Shown piece after piece: positions 1 through 10,324 of a stretch of 64,000 nucleotides of DNA. Location: the NCBI GenBank assembly GCA_033763455.1, contig JANRKO010000027.1, forward strand, positions 28,604 to 92,603, written 5' to 3'. Source of the DNA: Polyangiaceae bacterium (GTDB lineage Bacteria > Myxococcota_A > Polyangia > Polyangiales > Polyangiaceae). Positions within the stretch are counted from its first letter, which is position 1. Every line of letters starts with the position of its first letter. Position numbers and translations under genes: made by a program. A model generated the notes under the pieces. That model did not search any database, was not told where the DNA came from, and saw nothing but the letters and a program-made list of their open reading frames with translations.

Positions 1-3000
1 CAAAAGTCAGCGACCGCCTTCATGCGCGGGATGCGCGGGAGCTCTTTGCCTAGGTTATCGGCGTAGCGTTCGCGGTATTCCGGCGAGTGAAGGATCCCGT
101 AGACGTAGTAGAAGATGTCTTCTTTCGTGATCGCTTCCCTGGGGTAGGCACTCTTGAAGTGTTCGAGGCCTGCGTCGGTAATCGCGTCGCGCCGCGCTGT
201 ACCAGAGGGTGTCCCTTTTTGGCCGCTGAACAACGACGCCTGAGCATCATCGTCCGCGGCTGAGCTCTCACCATCATACAGATAGAGTGGGAAGAATTGT
301 GAGCCGACCATGTCCGCGCAGTGCAGGCTCGGTACGACGTCTGCCATGAGGACCGAGTAGCCCGAGCGGGATTCGCTAGCGGAAACACCAATCACCCGGT
401 TCTCCACGCCGGAGCGCGGGAACAACCGCGGCATCTGGTACACCATGTCGTTCAACTTGCGGTCGAAGTAGAGCCAGTGCTTCGAGAAGGGGCGATACAG
501 GCTCAGTACAATGCGTCCCTTATCGAACGATAGGCGTTCGCCTTTTGCAAGCTCATTCTTGAGAGCTCGCGTCCAACTGACCTTCACTGGATCGGTGTCG
601 ATGAACCCCTCGAGCGCGGCGGAGCGCGCCTTCCGGTCTGTTCCTCGATGCTTCGCGTCGAAGCGTGCGAGCTCGGAATTGTAAAAGGTAATCATTCTGG
701 CCATCTGTTCGCCAACGCCTCGCTTCGACGGACTGCATGCCCAAGCATCCCGGGCAGTAGCCACGCCAAGTGAAAAATTGTTAAAGATGCGCGGAGAAGC
801 GTCCCCCTTGTCCTTGATGCCGACGGGCAGATACTGGCTGAGCCCCTCGTCGCGCTGCTTGAGCCAGTCCCCGTGTGCATCCGGTGTGATTCGTGACCAA
901 CCCTCCTCTGCAGCGATGCCGGCGATGCTACCAAAACTCGCGACGGCTGCGAGCTTATCCTCTCGCGTCAAGTACTGGCCGACGTCGAGAAAATGGATTC
1001 GCCCAGACTCCTTCGCGTTGGGATTCTTCACGAAGAGGGAAATCGCAACGGGGGCTCGGCTCCCGCTACCGAAAACCTTGCCGCCCTCCTGCTTGGAGCG
1101 CTCGCCAGCGGTCCGCTGGTTGCCCCGGAGGTGGAACACGTAGAGGCTGCTGAATTCCTCGGCCAGGCACCTGCGCATGCCGTCCGTGGTGCCTGCCTCG
1201 ATAAAGTTCGCGTTGGTGACGAAGCCGATGATGCCTCTTGTACCAATCCTGTCGCTGGCCCAGCGAATGGCGCGCACGTAGCTGTCGTATAGAGCTTTCG
1301 AGCTGGAGGCGGCGGATCGCGTAGCATAGGTCTCCGCGATTCGCTGATCGAGCAACGGATAGGCGACGTTCTGGTTGTTGTCGTTCTGCGAGTCCTGCCC
1401 CACTGAGTAAGGCGGGTTCCCGAGAATCACGCGGATATCAAGCTGCTTCTGGCGCGTCCGACGCGCACTGTTGTCCACCAACACCCGCGATATAAGGTCG
1501 TCCTTCTCATACAGTTGGAACGTGTCGGTAAGGCAGATCCCCTCGAATGGTCGGTAAGCGTCGTCAATGATGTCATGATAGCTCGCCTCAATATTGATTG
1601 CCGCGATGTAATAGGCCAGCAGGACGATCTCGTTCGCGTGGATCTCCTTCGCGTACTTGCGCGGGAGCTCATCCTTGGAAATGAGACCGCTCTGAAGCAG
1701 GCGCGTGATGAACGTACCCGTGCCTGCGAAAGGGTCGAGAATGTGCACCCCCTGGCTTCCGAGCGTTTGCCCAAACTCCGTTCGGAGTAGGTGGTCGACG
1801 CTCTTCAAGATGAAGTCGACGATTTCGACTGGCGTATAGACAATGCCGAGCCGTTCCGACATCTTCGGGAAAGCGTTACGGAAGAACTTGTCGTAGAGTT
1901 CAACGACGATCTTCTGTTTACCTGCGGCGCTGTCAATGCCCTCAGCGCGCAGCTTGACTGACTCGTAGAACGCCTCAAGTGTGCTCGCCTCTTTCTCAAG
2001 ATGATGCTCATGGAGTGCATCGAGCACACTCTGCATCGCACGAGACATCGCGTTTTCGGTCGCGAAGCTGTGTCCGGAGAAGAGGGCCTCGAACACGGGT
2101 TTGGTCACGAGGTGCTGGGCCAGCATCTCGATGATCTCATCGCGCGTTATGCTGTCGTTCAGGTCGTCGCGCAGCTCGTCGGCGAAGCGCTCGAAGGCCT
2201 CACGTTCACGCGTGTTGGCTTCATTCTCAAGAATCCCAGTGATGCGGTCCACGTGAGTGCGGGCGATCTTGGCGATGTCCTTTGCCCAGTCCTCCCAGTG
2301 ATGGCGGTTACCGACCTTTTGCACGAGCTTGGCGTAGATGGCGCGCTCGATCTCGCCAATCTCGAATTCGAGCTCGCGCTGCTCTGCCTTGACGGCTCGT
2401 TCCGGTGCCGAACCAATTGCACTGCCGCCCTTCGCAGCTTTCTTGGCGACGGCTTTCTGGCCGTCACCCTTCTTCCTGCGAGAGGGTTTCGCAATATTGT
2501 CCGTGATCGCGATGACCTCCATCTTCGCGGGGTCCTTCCCGGTGAGGTCGAGCTTGTTGATCATCGCATCGAAGCGATCATCGTGTGAACGGAGTGCCTG
2601 TAGGACCTGCCAAACTATTTTGTAGGTCTCGTTGTCGTTCAGCGCCTCGTGCGGTTCGACGCCGGCTGGGATAACGACAGGCAGGACGATGTAACCGCGC
2701 TTCTTGCCAGGGGCATTACGCATTACGCGCCCAACCGACTGCACCACGTCTACCTGCGAAGTACGCGGCGTCAGAAAGAGGACGGCGTCGAGAGCCGGAA
2801 CGTCGACGCCCTCAGAAAGACAGCGAACGTTGCTGAGAATGCGGCAGGTGTTCTCCGCCGTCGCCGCCTTCAGCCAAGCAATCTTCTCCTCCTTTTGTGT
2901 GGCGTTCATGCTGCCATCAACGTGTGCGGCTTCGCAGTGAAGGCGGGTCGCATCGTTGTCGCTTGCTGGCTCGGTTTCTTGGTAGGCCTCGACCACGGCC

Positions 3001-4499
3001 TGGAACATTTCAGCGATATGCTTCGAGCTTACCTTGTGAACCTTGGCATTCTTCTGACGCTCAATGACCTGGCAAAATGCAACCGCTCGTCTCATGGGGG
3101 TGTCGTCGCCCGTGAGCTGTTCCGAGAGGCCTTGCTTGGCCAGCGCCTTCCAGCAGCCGACGATCTTGGCGGCATCGTCGACGCGCAGCTGGTTGTTCTG
3201 GTCTTTTAGTAGGTTTTGAATACGGCGGCTGACGTGCGACTCTTCGACGGACAGCACGATGACCTTGTAGTCCACGAGCAACCCGCGCTTGACCGCCTCT
3301 GAGAACGTGAGCGTGTATAGATTCCGGCCGTACAAGGCTTCGTCGTCCATCGAACAGAGTGCGACGTTATCTCGCTCGGCAGTGGCCTTGGCCGTGTCCC
3401 CATAGATTCTGGGCGTTGCGGTCATGTAGAGGCGCTTCGCGCCTCGCACGTAACTGGCCTCGTGGATTTTGATGAAGTGGCTCTCCTCCTCCCCTTCGAA
3501 GTTGGCGCCAGTCGTGCGATGTGCTTCGTCGCAAATGATCAAATCAAATTCAGGCAGGTCGTGTTTCTGCTGCGCCTCGTGAACCACACTGATCGAGTGG
3601 TAGGTCGCAAAGACAACGCTCATATGCCCGGCGTCATCACCCCTGTGCATCTCGGCTGCAAGATGCGCGGCATTCGTAGTTGCCGGGTAATGAAGCTCGT
3701 GTGTGAAGGTCTGAACGGTGTCGTCGTCCTTTTTCCGCTGTTTGCCGACATCGCTATCAGAGCAAACGGCATAGCTGCGGAGGCGTAGCGCGCTCTCCTG
3801 AGTCCATTCGCTGAGGGATTGCGAAAGAAGAGCGAGGCTGGGGACCAGAAAAAGTACCCGCTTGCCGTTTCCTGCGATTCTTTCAGCAATTTTGAGGCTC
3901 GTGAAGGTCTTCCCGGTCCCGCAAGCCATGATGAGCTTGCCGCGGTCATGGCTCTGAAGGCCAGCGACGACCAAGTTGAGCGCGGTGCTTTGGTGAGGCC
4001 GGGGTGACTTCTTTTGCTGAAGAACCGGCGGCTTGCTGGGGGCGAAACGCGACCAATCAATGACGCTGTTTTCGAGCGCGATCAGATCGATCTTCGTTAC
4101 AGGAATGTGCTGATTGCGGAGCGCCTCCTCAGCGTGCTCCGACCACAGGCTCGTCGTGCTGACGATGATGCGATGCGTGAACGGCTTCTTGCCCGAAGCC
4201 GTGAAGAAGCTGTCGATGTCCGACTTCTGCATGCGGTAGTCGGACGCATAGAGCTTGCACTGAATGGCGTGGGCGTCACCCGTAACCGTTTCGGCAACCA
4301 GGTCGATGCCCGTGTCGCGCTTGTCGAGCCCGTGTCGTTCTGCCCACTCGGCGTACGGCAGGACCTCCCGGTAGAGCTCGCGGTATACGGGCTCGTTCTT
4401 GAGGTAGCAGATCGTGAGCTCCTCGAAATAGGTGCCCTGCTCGCGGTGCGTCGCAGCGGCGGCTCGGTAGCGGTCGAGAAGGGGCAGAAGGGCGGACAC
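1..4499 (-). CDS. Type ISP restriction-modification enzyme (Mrr-like nuclease + SF2 helicase/ATPase + N6-adenine MTase + TRD), 3' end outside the window
   Basis: Translated by hand from GTG at 4499 (MSALLPLLDRYR...). Motifs: nuclease DTGIDLVA...AIQCK, Walker A MACGTGKT, ICDEAH, MTase ILDPFAGTG and VILGNPPY, and C-terminal ITKEDIFYYVYGILHSPEYRERYADNL.KELPRIP, still in frame at the window edge. Missing from the ORF track because its stop lies outside the window. Confidence 0.93.
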   Translation of the reverse strand, partial: MSALLPLLDRYRAAAATHREQGTYFEELTICYLKNEPVYRELYREVLPYAEWAERHGLDKRDTGIDLVAETVTGDAHAIQCKLYASDYRMQKSDIDSFFTASGKKPFTHRIIVSTTSLWSEHAEEALRNQHIPVTKIDLIALENSVIDWSRFAPSKPPVLQQKKSPRPHQSTALNLVVAGLQSHDRGKLIMACGTGKTFTSLKIAERIAGNGKRVLFLVPSLALLSQSLSEWTQESALRLRSYAVCSDSDVGKQRKKDDDTVQTFTHELHYPATTNAAHLAAEMHRGDDAGHMSVVFATYHSISVVHEAQQKHDLPEFDLIICDEAHRTTGANFEGEEESHFIKIHEASYVRGAKRLYMTATPRIYGDTAKATAERDNVALCSMDDEALYGRNLYTLTFSEAVKRGLLVDYKVIVLSVEESHVSRRIQNLLKDQNNQLRVDDAAKIVGCWKALAKQGLSEQLTGDDTPMRRAVAFCQVIERQKNAKVHKVSSKHIAEMFQAVVEAYQETEPASDNDATRLHCEAAHVDGSMNATQKEEKIAWLKAATAENTCRILSNVRCLSEGVDVPALDAVLFLTPRTSQVDVVQSVGRVMRNAPGKKRGYIVLPVVIPAGVEPHEALNDNETYKIVWQVLQALRSHDDRFDAMINKLDLTGKDPAKMEVIAITDNIAKPSRRKKGDGQKAVAKKAAKGGSAIGSAPERAVKAEQRELEFEIGEIERAIYAKLVQKVGNRHHWEDWAKDIAKIARTHVDRITGILENEANTREREAFERFADELRDDLNDSITRDEIIEMLAQHLVTKPVFEALFSGHSFATENAMSRAMQSVLDALHEHHLEKEASTLEAFYESVKLRAEGIDSAAGKQKIVVELYDKFFRNAFPKMSERLGIVYTPVEIVDFILKSVDHLLRTEFGQTLGSQGVHILDPFAGTGTFITRLLQSGLISKDELPRKYAKEIHANEIVLLAYYIAAINIEASYHDIIDDAYRPFEGICLTDTFQLYEKDDLISRVLVDNSARRTRQKQLDIRVILGNPPYSVGQDSQNDNNQNVAYPLLDQRIAETYATRSAASSSKALYDSYVRAIRWASDRIGTRGIIGFVTNANFIEAGTTDGMRRCLAEEFSSLYVFHLRGNQRTAGERSKQEGGKVFGSGSRAPVAISLFVKNPNAKESGRIHFLDVGQYLTREDKLAAVASFGSIAGIAAEEGWSRITPDAHGDWLKQRDEGLSQYLPVGIKDKGDASPRIFNNFSLGVATARDAWACSPSKRGVGEQMARMITFYNSELARFDAKHRGTDRKARSAALEGFIDTDPVKVSWTRALKNELAKGERLSFDKGRIVLSLYRPFSKHWLYFDRKLNDMVYQMPRLFPRSGVENRVIGVSASESRSGYSVLMADVVPSLHCADMVGSQFFPLYLYDGESSAADDDAQASLFSGQKGTPSGTARRDAITDAGLEHFKSAYPREAITKEDIFYYVYGILHSPEYRERYADNLGKELPRIPRMKAVADF

Positions 4500-4755
4500 A
4501 AGCCTTCTTCGCACGGCGGCCGCTATCACCGCAAGATGGTTCGCTCGTGGGGTCCCCGGCATCAGAAGCGCGGTTTCGCCGTAAGCGGCGCCTCATGGTC
4601 TCGTTATGCTCCAGCGCTGGCGAATATGGAAGCGGTTGCATCTTCAGGTTTCCTGTACGGCATTGACACGGACGTGGGTCCCGCCAGCAAGAACCGATAT
4701 TCAGCTGAGTCAGTGCAACACAGGGCGTATATTCGCCTCACTTCCGGGGAGGAAC

Positions 4756-4785
4756 GCGGACTCGTGGAGGCCGCCACGAGTCCGC
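4756..4785 (-). terminator. GC-rich hairpin after the hflK-hflC-PDZ gene run
   Basis: Perfect 12-bp inverted repeat GCGGACTCGTGG-aggccg-CCACGAGTCCGC, 3 nt past the stop at 4789; no long U tract. Confidence 0.6.
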
Positions 4786-4788
4786 AGC

Positions 4789-5412
4789 TTAGTCGCGCTG
4801 CAAGTACGGCTGCTCTACCGACACCCCGTACGGTTTCCCTCCCCGCCAAAAGATGCCAAAGATCGCTGGGACCTGCCGCCCCCTGAGGGCGAGCACCAGC
4901 CCCACAACATCCCCTGCCGTTCGCACATGTTGCCCCGCAACGTGCGTCAGGACATCGCCATCTTGAACGGGAAGGCCCAGCCCATTCGTTGCAGAAAGAG
5001 CAATACCAGAAGGCCGATTCCCTTTTGCTCTCACAGGATAACCGCTCGGGCGCCGACCGGCGTTTGCGATGGCCAAGACCTTGGCCGAGGATACCACGAA
5101 GGTCGCTTCAAGCTTCGTCGGGGGAGCTTCCGAACTTCGCGCACGCCCCCGTACCGTCTTGGCTCGCATGGCACCGGCCACGAAGTCACCTCTCAGGTCT
5201 TGCTCGCCTCCACGCAGGCGAACGACTTCTCCTTCATCCGCATCATCCGCATCGCCTGTGTCGCTCGAGGAAAGTGAGCGGAGATCGCGCACCGCAAATC
5301 CCGCAGCAATGCCCACTTCCGCGCCGATGCCCACAGCCACCCGCGAAGCCCACCAGAATCCCGTAAGGCAGCTCAGAAGGACGATGACAGAGAGGCGTGC
5401 AAACAGGGCCAC
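4789..5412 (-). CDS. Membrane-anchored hypothetical protein with C-terminal PDZ-like domain
   Basis: N-terminal hydrophobic segment, charged linker, and C-terminal LGLPVQDGDVLTHVAGQHVRT...GIFWRGGKPY resembling a GspC/HtrA-type PDZ domain. Confidence 0.55.
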   Translation of the reverse strand: MALFARLSVIVLLSCLTGFWWASRVAVGIGAEVGIAAGFAVRDLRSLSSSDTGDADDADEGEVVRLRGGEQDLRGDFVAGAMRAKTVRGRARSSEAPPTKLEATFVVSSAKVLAIANAGRRPSGYPVRAKGNRPSGIALSATNGLGLPVQDGDVLTHVAGQHVRTAGDVVGLVLALRGRQVPAIFGIFWRGGKPYGVSVEQPYLQRD

Positions 5413-5430
5413 CGCTGCCCAGTGTACACG

Positions 5431-6285
5431 CTATTTCTGCTGCTGATTGAAATACCGGAAAAGATCGGAGCCCGTGGAGAGCACGAGGTTCGTGTCCGCC
5501 CCGATTGCCTTTTCGTAGGTTTCGAGGCTGCGCATGAAGGCGTAAAATTCGGGGTCCGCGTTGAAGGCATTGGCGTAGATGCTGATACTTTCGGCGTCAC
5601 CGTCGCCGCGCAGGCGCTGGGAGGCTTCGTAGGCTTCAGCCAAGAGAATCGTTTTTTCTTTGTCGGTGTCAGCACGCACCTTCGCGGCTTCTTCGGCACC
5701 CTCCGAGCGGTAGCGTTTGGCTACGCGATCACGCTCGGCCCGCATGCGCTGAAACACACTTTCCTGAACCTCTTTCGGGAGATCGGCACGCTTGATGCGA
5801 ATGTCGACCACGTGGATGCCAAAGTCGTCGATTTTCTTACGCGCCTCTTGGGTAACCCTCAGCATCAAAGGGTCACGGGCATTGCCAATAATCTCTCCGA
5901 AATTCCTCCCTGCAAGCTCTCGCCGCATTTCGCTGTTCACGATGGCGTCAATCCGAGTCTTTGCCGCTACCTCGTCGTTCACCCGCTGATAAAATACCAA
6001 CGGATCGACGATTTTCCAGCGGGTTACGGGGTCGGCCACGAGCCGCTTTTTGTCGAGTGTGAGATATGCATCGGCCGCCGCATCGCTACTCAGAATGCGG
6101 CTCTCCATTTTCTGCACCGTTTCATACGGAAGCTTGAACTGCGGGCCCGGCTGCGACGCGCTACGCTTCCACTCACCGAACTGCAACACGATAGCGAGCT
6201 CACGCTCATCGACTATAAAAAAGCTCGACCAGCCTAAGTAAAGGAGCACAGCGCCTAGCGCTATCGCGATCGATTTTCTGTTCAT
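5431..6285 (-). CDS. hflC: FtsH protease modulator HflC
   Basis: SPFH domain; GIHVVDIRIKRADLP, VFQRMRAER, DPEFYAFMRSLETY; overlaps the hflK stop (ATGA). Confidence 0.95.
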   Translation of the reverse strand: MNRKSIAIALGAVLLYLGWSSFFIVDERELAIVLQFGEWKRSASQPGPQFKLPYETVQKMESRILSSDAAADAYLTLDKKRLVADPVTRWKIVDPLVFYQRVNDEVAAKTRIDAIVNSEMRRELAGRNFGEIIGNARDPLMLRVTQEARKKIDDFGIHVVDIRIKRADLPKEVQESVFQRMRAERDRVAKRYRSEGAEEAAKVRADTDKEKTILLAEAYEASQRLRGDGDAESISIYANAFNADPEFYAFMRSLETYEKAIGADTNLVLSTGSDLFRYFNQQQK

Positions 6286-7283
6286 TTGGCACCTCCAGAA
6301 ACGGCAGCCGCGCCCTGAGCATTCAGCGGCAAGAGCGGTAAGGTTGATTTTCCAAGATCTCTATCTACCACCGTCTTGGTCTTAAGCCGAGTGAGCACCC
6401 GTTCCATCGTTTCCAAGTACATGCGCTGGCGGGTCACCTTTTCTGCCTTGGAATACTCGGCCAAAGTTGCTGTGAACTTGGCGGCGTCACCCTTGGCTCG
6501 GAGTACGCGTTCCTGCTTGTAGCCCTCGGCCTCCCGCTCGATCTGGCGAGCTTCACCGCGAGCCTTCGGGATCAGATCTTCCTGATAGCCACGGGCCTGA
6601 TTGATAAGCTTCTCCTTCTCTTCCCGAGCGCGCACCACATCATGAAAGGCGTCTTTCACCTCATCCGGGGCATCCACCGCCTGCAGCTTAATCTCCGTGA
6701 TGTGAATTCCGCTTTGGTATTGATCCATCAGCTTCTGCATCAGGAACTGAGTTTCGCGCTGCACCTCTTCTCGACCCGTGGTGATCACTTCATCAATGCT
6801 GGTTCTTCCAACCATGCTGCGGAGTGAAACCTCAGCCGTGGAGCGCAACGTTCCCTCCGCATCATCCAACCTAAAGAGGTAGAGGCTAGGATCTTTAATC
6901 TTAAACTGGATAATCATTTGTGCTTCCACAATATTTTCATCTCCAGTTAACATCAAAGCTTCACCTTGAATCCGCTCCTCCCCCCGAAAGCCCACCTCCA
7001 CCTGCTGGATCTTCTCAACGTTCACCTTGTCGTACCGCTGCACGAAGGGGAAAACGAAGTGGAGCCCAGGCCCTCGCTTGCCAGATTCACGCCCCAGCGT
7101 TCGGATTACCGCTTGTTCGCCCGGAGCCACGGTGAATGTACCCAACCAACTCACAAGCCCCACCCCTCCAAGAAGGAACAACCACTTAAGCTTGCCGAGG
7201 CTCTGACGAAACATCTCTGTCGCTTGCAGCACGGCATCGGCAGGATCATGTCGAGGATCTTCTTCATCAAATTGGTTGCGCAT
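6282..7283 (-). CDS. hflK: FtsH protease modulator HflK
   Basis: ALMLTGDENIV, EVKDAFHDVVRAREE, IPKARGEA, VTRQRMYLETMERVL. Confidence 0.95.
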   Translation of the reverse strand: MRNQFDEEDPRHDPADAVLQATEMFRQSLGKLKWLFLLGGVGLVSWLGTFTVAPGEQAVIRTLGRESGKRGPGLHFVFPFVQRYDKVNVEKIQQVEVGFRGEERIQGEALMLTGDENIVEAQMIIQFKIKDPSLYLFRLDDAEGTLRSTAEVSLRSMVGRTSIDEVITTGREEVQRETQFLMQKLMDQYQSGIHITEIKLQAVDAPDEVKDAFHDVVRAREEKEKLINQARGYQEDLIPKARGEARQIEREAEGYKQERVLRAKGDAAKFTATLAEYSKAEKVTRQRMYLETMERVLTRLKTKTVVDRDLGKSTLPLLPLNAQGAAAVSGGAK

Positions 7284-7305
7284 GTATTTCCTTCGTGGTG
7301 CTGGC

Positions 7306-7770
7306 TTACTGGCGAACGCGCCAGTTGCCTAGGTAGGTCTGGCCGACATTGCCGCAAGTGGGATCCGTCACGATCAATTCGGGGCGGCCGTCCCGACAGT
7401 AGAGGATCGTGTTTTGCCGGAAAGCCTGGCCATAAAGCATGGCCTCTTCACGGGGGATGCCGTGTGCTAGCCACGCGGGCTCCCGCCACACCCCTTCTGG
7501 CTCCTCTTCGTAGCCCACACATTGCTCCACGCGATAACAGCCGAGCACCAGAAGATCCCTCAAGACTTGCTGCCGGCCTTCGTTAACACGCCGCGGAAGC
7601 AACATGCTGCGCGGATTGTACGCGGTGAGAATCGCGAAATTCTCACGCAAAAGTGGGGGCAAGGTTTGCGGGTCTTTGGATTCCCCTTCGAGGGAAACAC
7701 GTAGGATGCCGCCTTCACTCGGCAACTCATACACGGTGCTGAAATAAGAGCGCAGTAGGTTCTGGTCCAC
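7306..7770 (-). CDS. DUF3293-like protein
   Basis: FAILTAYNPRS, WREPAW and GQAFRQNTIL pattern typical of DUF3293. Confidence 0.75.
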   Translation of the reverse strand: MDQNLLRSYFSTVYELPSEGGILRVSLEGESKDPQTLPPLLRENFAILTAYNPRSMLLPRRVNEGRQQVLRDLLVLGCYRVEQCVGYEEEPEGVWREPAWLAHGIPREEAMLYGQAFRQNTILYCRDGRPELIVTDPTCGNVGQTYLGNWRVRQ

Positions 7771-7837
7771 GGTGGGCCGAGCCTAGCATCGCTTTCCCTA
7801 ATGTTAAGCCCAGAGATCCCAGGCATTCGCTCGCGTT

Positions 7838-8533
7838 TTAGGATTTAAAGCGGTAACCCGCCCCGCGGACCGTCAAAAGGTGCCGAGGATTGGCGGGATC
7901 TTGTTCCAGCTTATTTCTCAGCTGGAGCATGAAGTTATCGATCGTGCGGAGTGTTCCATGGTGGCCAGGCCCCCAAACCTTGGAAAGGATGTCTTCACGA
8001 GAGAGCACATTGCCGTTGGCCTCAACCAAACACCAGAGCACATCAAACTCGGTTGCCGTGAGCGGAATCGGGGTTTCGGCGCGCTGCACCTGTCTGCTTC
8101 CGGGGTCGATTTGTAGCTCACCTACCGACTGAAGCTGAAGCCCCTCCCCGCGTTGTCGGTTTAGATTGTCCCGACGCAAAACGGCGCGCACACGGGCGAG
8201 CAACTCTGCCAAACCAAACGGCTTGGTGATGTAATCTTCCGCACCCAGCTCCAGCCCCATCACCTTATCGGTCTCCGCACCGCGCGCGCTCAGCATGATA
8301 ACCGGCAGCTGATGGCCGCGAGCTCTCAGAGTTCGAATGACCTCAAACCCGTTCATTTTTGGCAGCATCACGTCCAAAATCAGAAGATCGTGCTTGCCGT
8401 TTTCTGCAAGCTCAAGCCCGCGTTCCCCGTCCATGGCCACATCCACCTCGAAGCCTTCGGCCTCAAGGTTCAGTTGCAGCCCAAGCGTGATACTCTCATC
8501 GTCCTCCACCACCAGGATCCGCGCGCCAGCCAT
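7838..8533 (-). CDS. OmpR/PhoB-family response regulator
   Basis: ILVVEDD, LILDVMLP, GAEDYITKPF, winged helix LTATEFDVL...LLTVRGAGYRF; start chosen at ATG 8533. Confidence 0.95.
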   Translation of the reverse strand: MAGARILVVEDDESITLGLQLNLEAEGFEVDVAMDGERGLELAENGKHDLLILDVMLPKMNGFEVIRTLRARGHQLPVIMLSARGAETDKVMGLELGAEDYITKPFGLAELLARVRAVLRRDNLNRQRGEGLQLQSVGELQIDPGSRQVQRAETPIPLTATEFDVLWCLVEANGNVLSREDILSKVWGPGHHGTLRTIDNFMLQLRNKLEQDPANPRHLLTVRGAGYRFKS

Positions 8534-8651
8534 GTTGCTGCGCCAACGCAGCGGATTGGGAACATTCGAAGGCAACACGGGAACCTATTAGCTCAAACGC
8601 GGACCATTTTTCCAACAGCCCGCTGATTCTTAGACGCCTCGCGGCCCGAGC

Positions 8652-9563
8652 TCAGACAGCACGAAGGGGAAAAACGAGCGAAAAAACACTGCCTTGGCCC
8701 GGTGAACTTTCCACCTCCACCCGTCCTTTGTGCGCCTTCATTACGTGTTTCACGATCGCAAGGCCGAGCCCTGAGCCCTCCCGCTCACGACTCAACCTGT
8801 CGTCTACGCGGTAGAACTTCTGGAAGATGCGCTTGTGTTCACTGTGCGGAATCCCGAGCCCGTTGTCCGAAACTGAGATACGAACGAACTTGCCCTCAAG
8901 CTTCAAGCGAAGCCCCACTCTTGGCGGACGCCCACCGTACTTGTAGGCGTTCGTGAGTAGATTGAAGAGCGCATCTTCAATCGCACCACGATCGGCATCT
9001 ACGGTGACCGATTCTTGCGGTAGCTCGACATTGAGGTCCACTTCACGGCCAGCGCGTACAGATTCAAACGCTTCCAGCGCCGCCACCATCACGGCGCGCA
9101 AGTCCGTGTCGCGCATCACGTATTCGCGGCGGCCGCTTTCCATCCGGCCCCAATCCAACAATCGATCAATGAGTGCGGTGAGCCGTGCGCTCTCGCGCCC
9201 CAGGCCCTGAATGCATTTGTCTTCCGCTGCTGTGTCGCCGCGCCTCAGCTCTAAGGTCTCTGTGAACAGACGGATGGAGGTGAGGGGCGTTTTGAGCTCA
9301 TGCGACACCTTGGACACGAAGTCGCTTTGAAGCCGTGAAAGGTTGGCCTCCCGCCGCACGAAAACCCACACCAAAATGACGCCTGTTGTGGCAGCTCCAC
9401 TGAGTGCGACCACCAGAATTCCCATCAAGAGGTTGGCCTGAACCTCGCCTAGAAGCAAAAGCCCAACGCCCACAGCCAGCATCAGGAAGGTGGGCACGAT
9501 CACCAGGCTCACCAAAAAGATGACGATGCGGCGGTAGCCATGCGCTGTTAGGTCCCGTGCCAT
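8652..9563 (-). CDS. Sensor histidine kinase with two TM helices and almost no periplasmic domain
   Basis: VSHELKTPL H-box, NLLTNAYKY N-box, DNGLGI, IFQKFYRV, GSGLGLAIV; only 303 aa. Confidence 0.93.
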   Translation of the reverse strand: MARDLTAHGYRRIVIFLVSLVIVPTFLMLAVGVGLLLLGEVQANLLMGILVVALSGAATTGVILVWVFVRREANLSRLQSDFVSKVSHELKTPLTSIRLFTETLELRRGDTAAEDKCIQGLGRESARLTALIDRLLDWGRMESGRREYVMRDTDLRAVMVAALEAFESVRAGREVDLNVELPQESVTVDADRGAIEDALFNLLTNAYKYGGRPPRVGLRLKLEGKFVRISVSDNGLGIPHSEHKRIFQKFYRVDDRLSREREGSGLGLAIVKHVMKAHKGRVEVESSPGQGSVFSLVFPLRAV

Positions 9564-9637
9564 CGCCGCACATTATGAACGGAGGAACCTGCCGCGCTAG
9601 AGGCACGAGCGAAGAATGGCGCTATACTCGGGTTGTC

Positions 9638-10141
9638 GTGACAGCTCCCACCGTACCCATGCGCCGCTTAGTTCCCCAAAAGCACCTGTTGGCACTCACA
9701 TTCGCCACTATGAGTTCAGCCCTGTTTGTGTCGGGCGCGTGGGGAACAGGCCCTGCCAAAAAGCCCCGGGGGGACTCGGAAATTTCGGTTTCCGTTTCGC
9801 CGCGCAATCGAAAAGGTGCTCTGGCCTGTGCGCTCTACGCGTCTCCCAAAGGGTTCCCCGGGGCTATCGGCTCCGCACGCGCCACTGAACGCAAAGCAAT
9901 TCCGGCTGGCGAAGTTCGCTGTACCTTTGCGGGCCTGCCCAAGGGCACCTACGCCGTGGCCGTGGTGCATGACGAAAATGGCAACGGTAAGCTCGACACA
10001 AATTTTCTGGGCATGCCCACCGAAGGTTGGGGCACCACCAACAACGTTAAGCCACTAATGTCGGCCCCTACGTTTGAAGATAGCAAGGTAAAACTGCCGG
10101 AACACAAGCGCCTGGCCCTGCGCGTGCGCCTGAATTACTAA
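9638..10141 (+). CDS. DUF2141-family secreted protein
   Basis: GTYAVAVVHDENGNGKLDTNFLGMPTEGWGTTNN signature and a signal peptide; start GTG 9638 or ATG 9659. Confidence 0.85.
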   Translation: MTAPTVPMRRLVPQKHLLALTFATMSSALFVSGAWGTGPAKKPRGDSEISVSVSPRNRKGALACALYASPKGFPGAIGSARATERKAIPAGEVRCTFAGLPKGTYAVAVVHDENGNGKLDTNFLGMPTEGWGTTNNVKPLMSAPTFEDSKVKLPEHKRLALRVRLNY

Positions 10142-10324
10142 CCACACGCCGAGCGGTTTGTTTCCTCTCCGTCACACGGTAGCGCGAGCAGCAGCTGAGC
10201 GTGAGAAGAGCGACCTTGTGGCTGGAGGATCGGGCATGTTTTCCGGCGTCCAGCTCGCTTGACACAGCCGCCGTCGAGCCCGATGACAGGCACCCGCGGT
10301 CGCTCGAGTTTCGATAAGGTTTTC

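Noticed and set aside
50..4886. Numerous 60-290 aa ORFs on both strands in the supplied track
   Set aside because: They are shadow frames of the Type ISP gene and carry no recognisable motifs.
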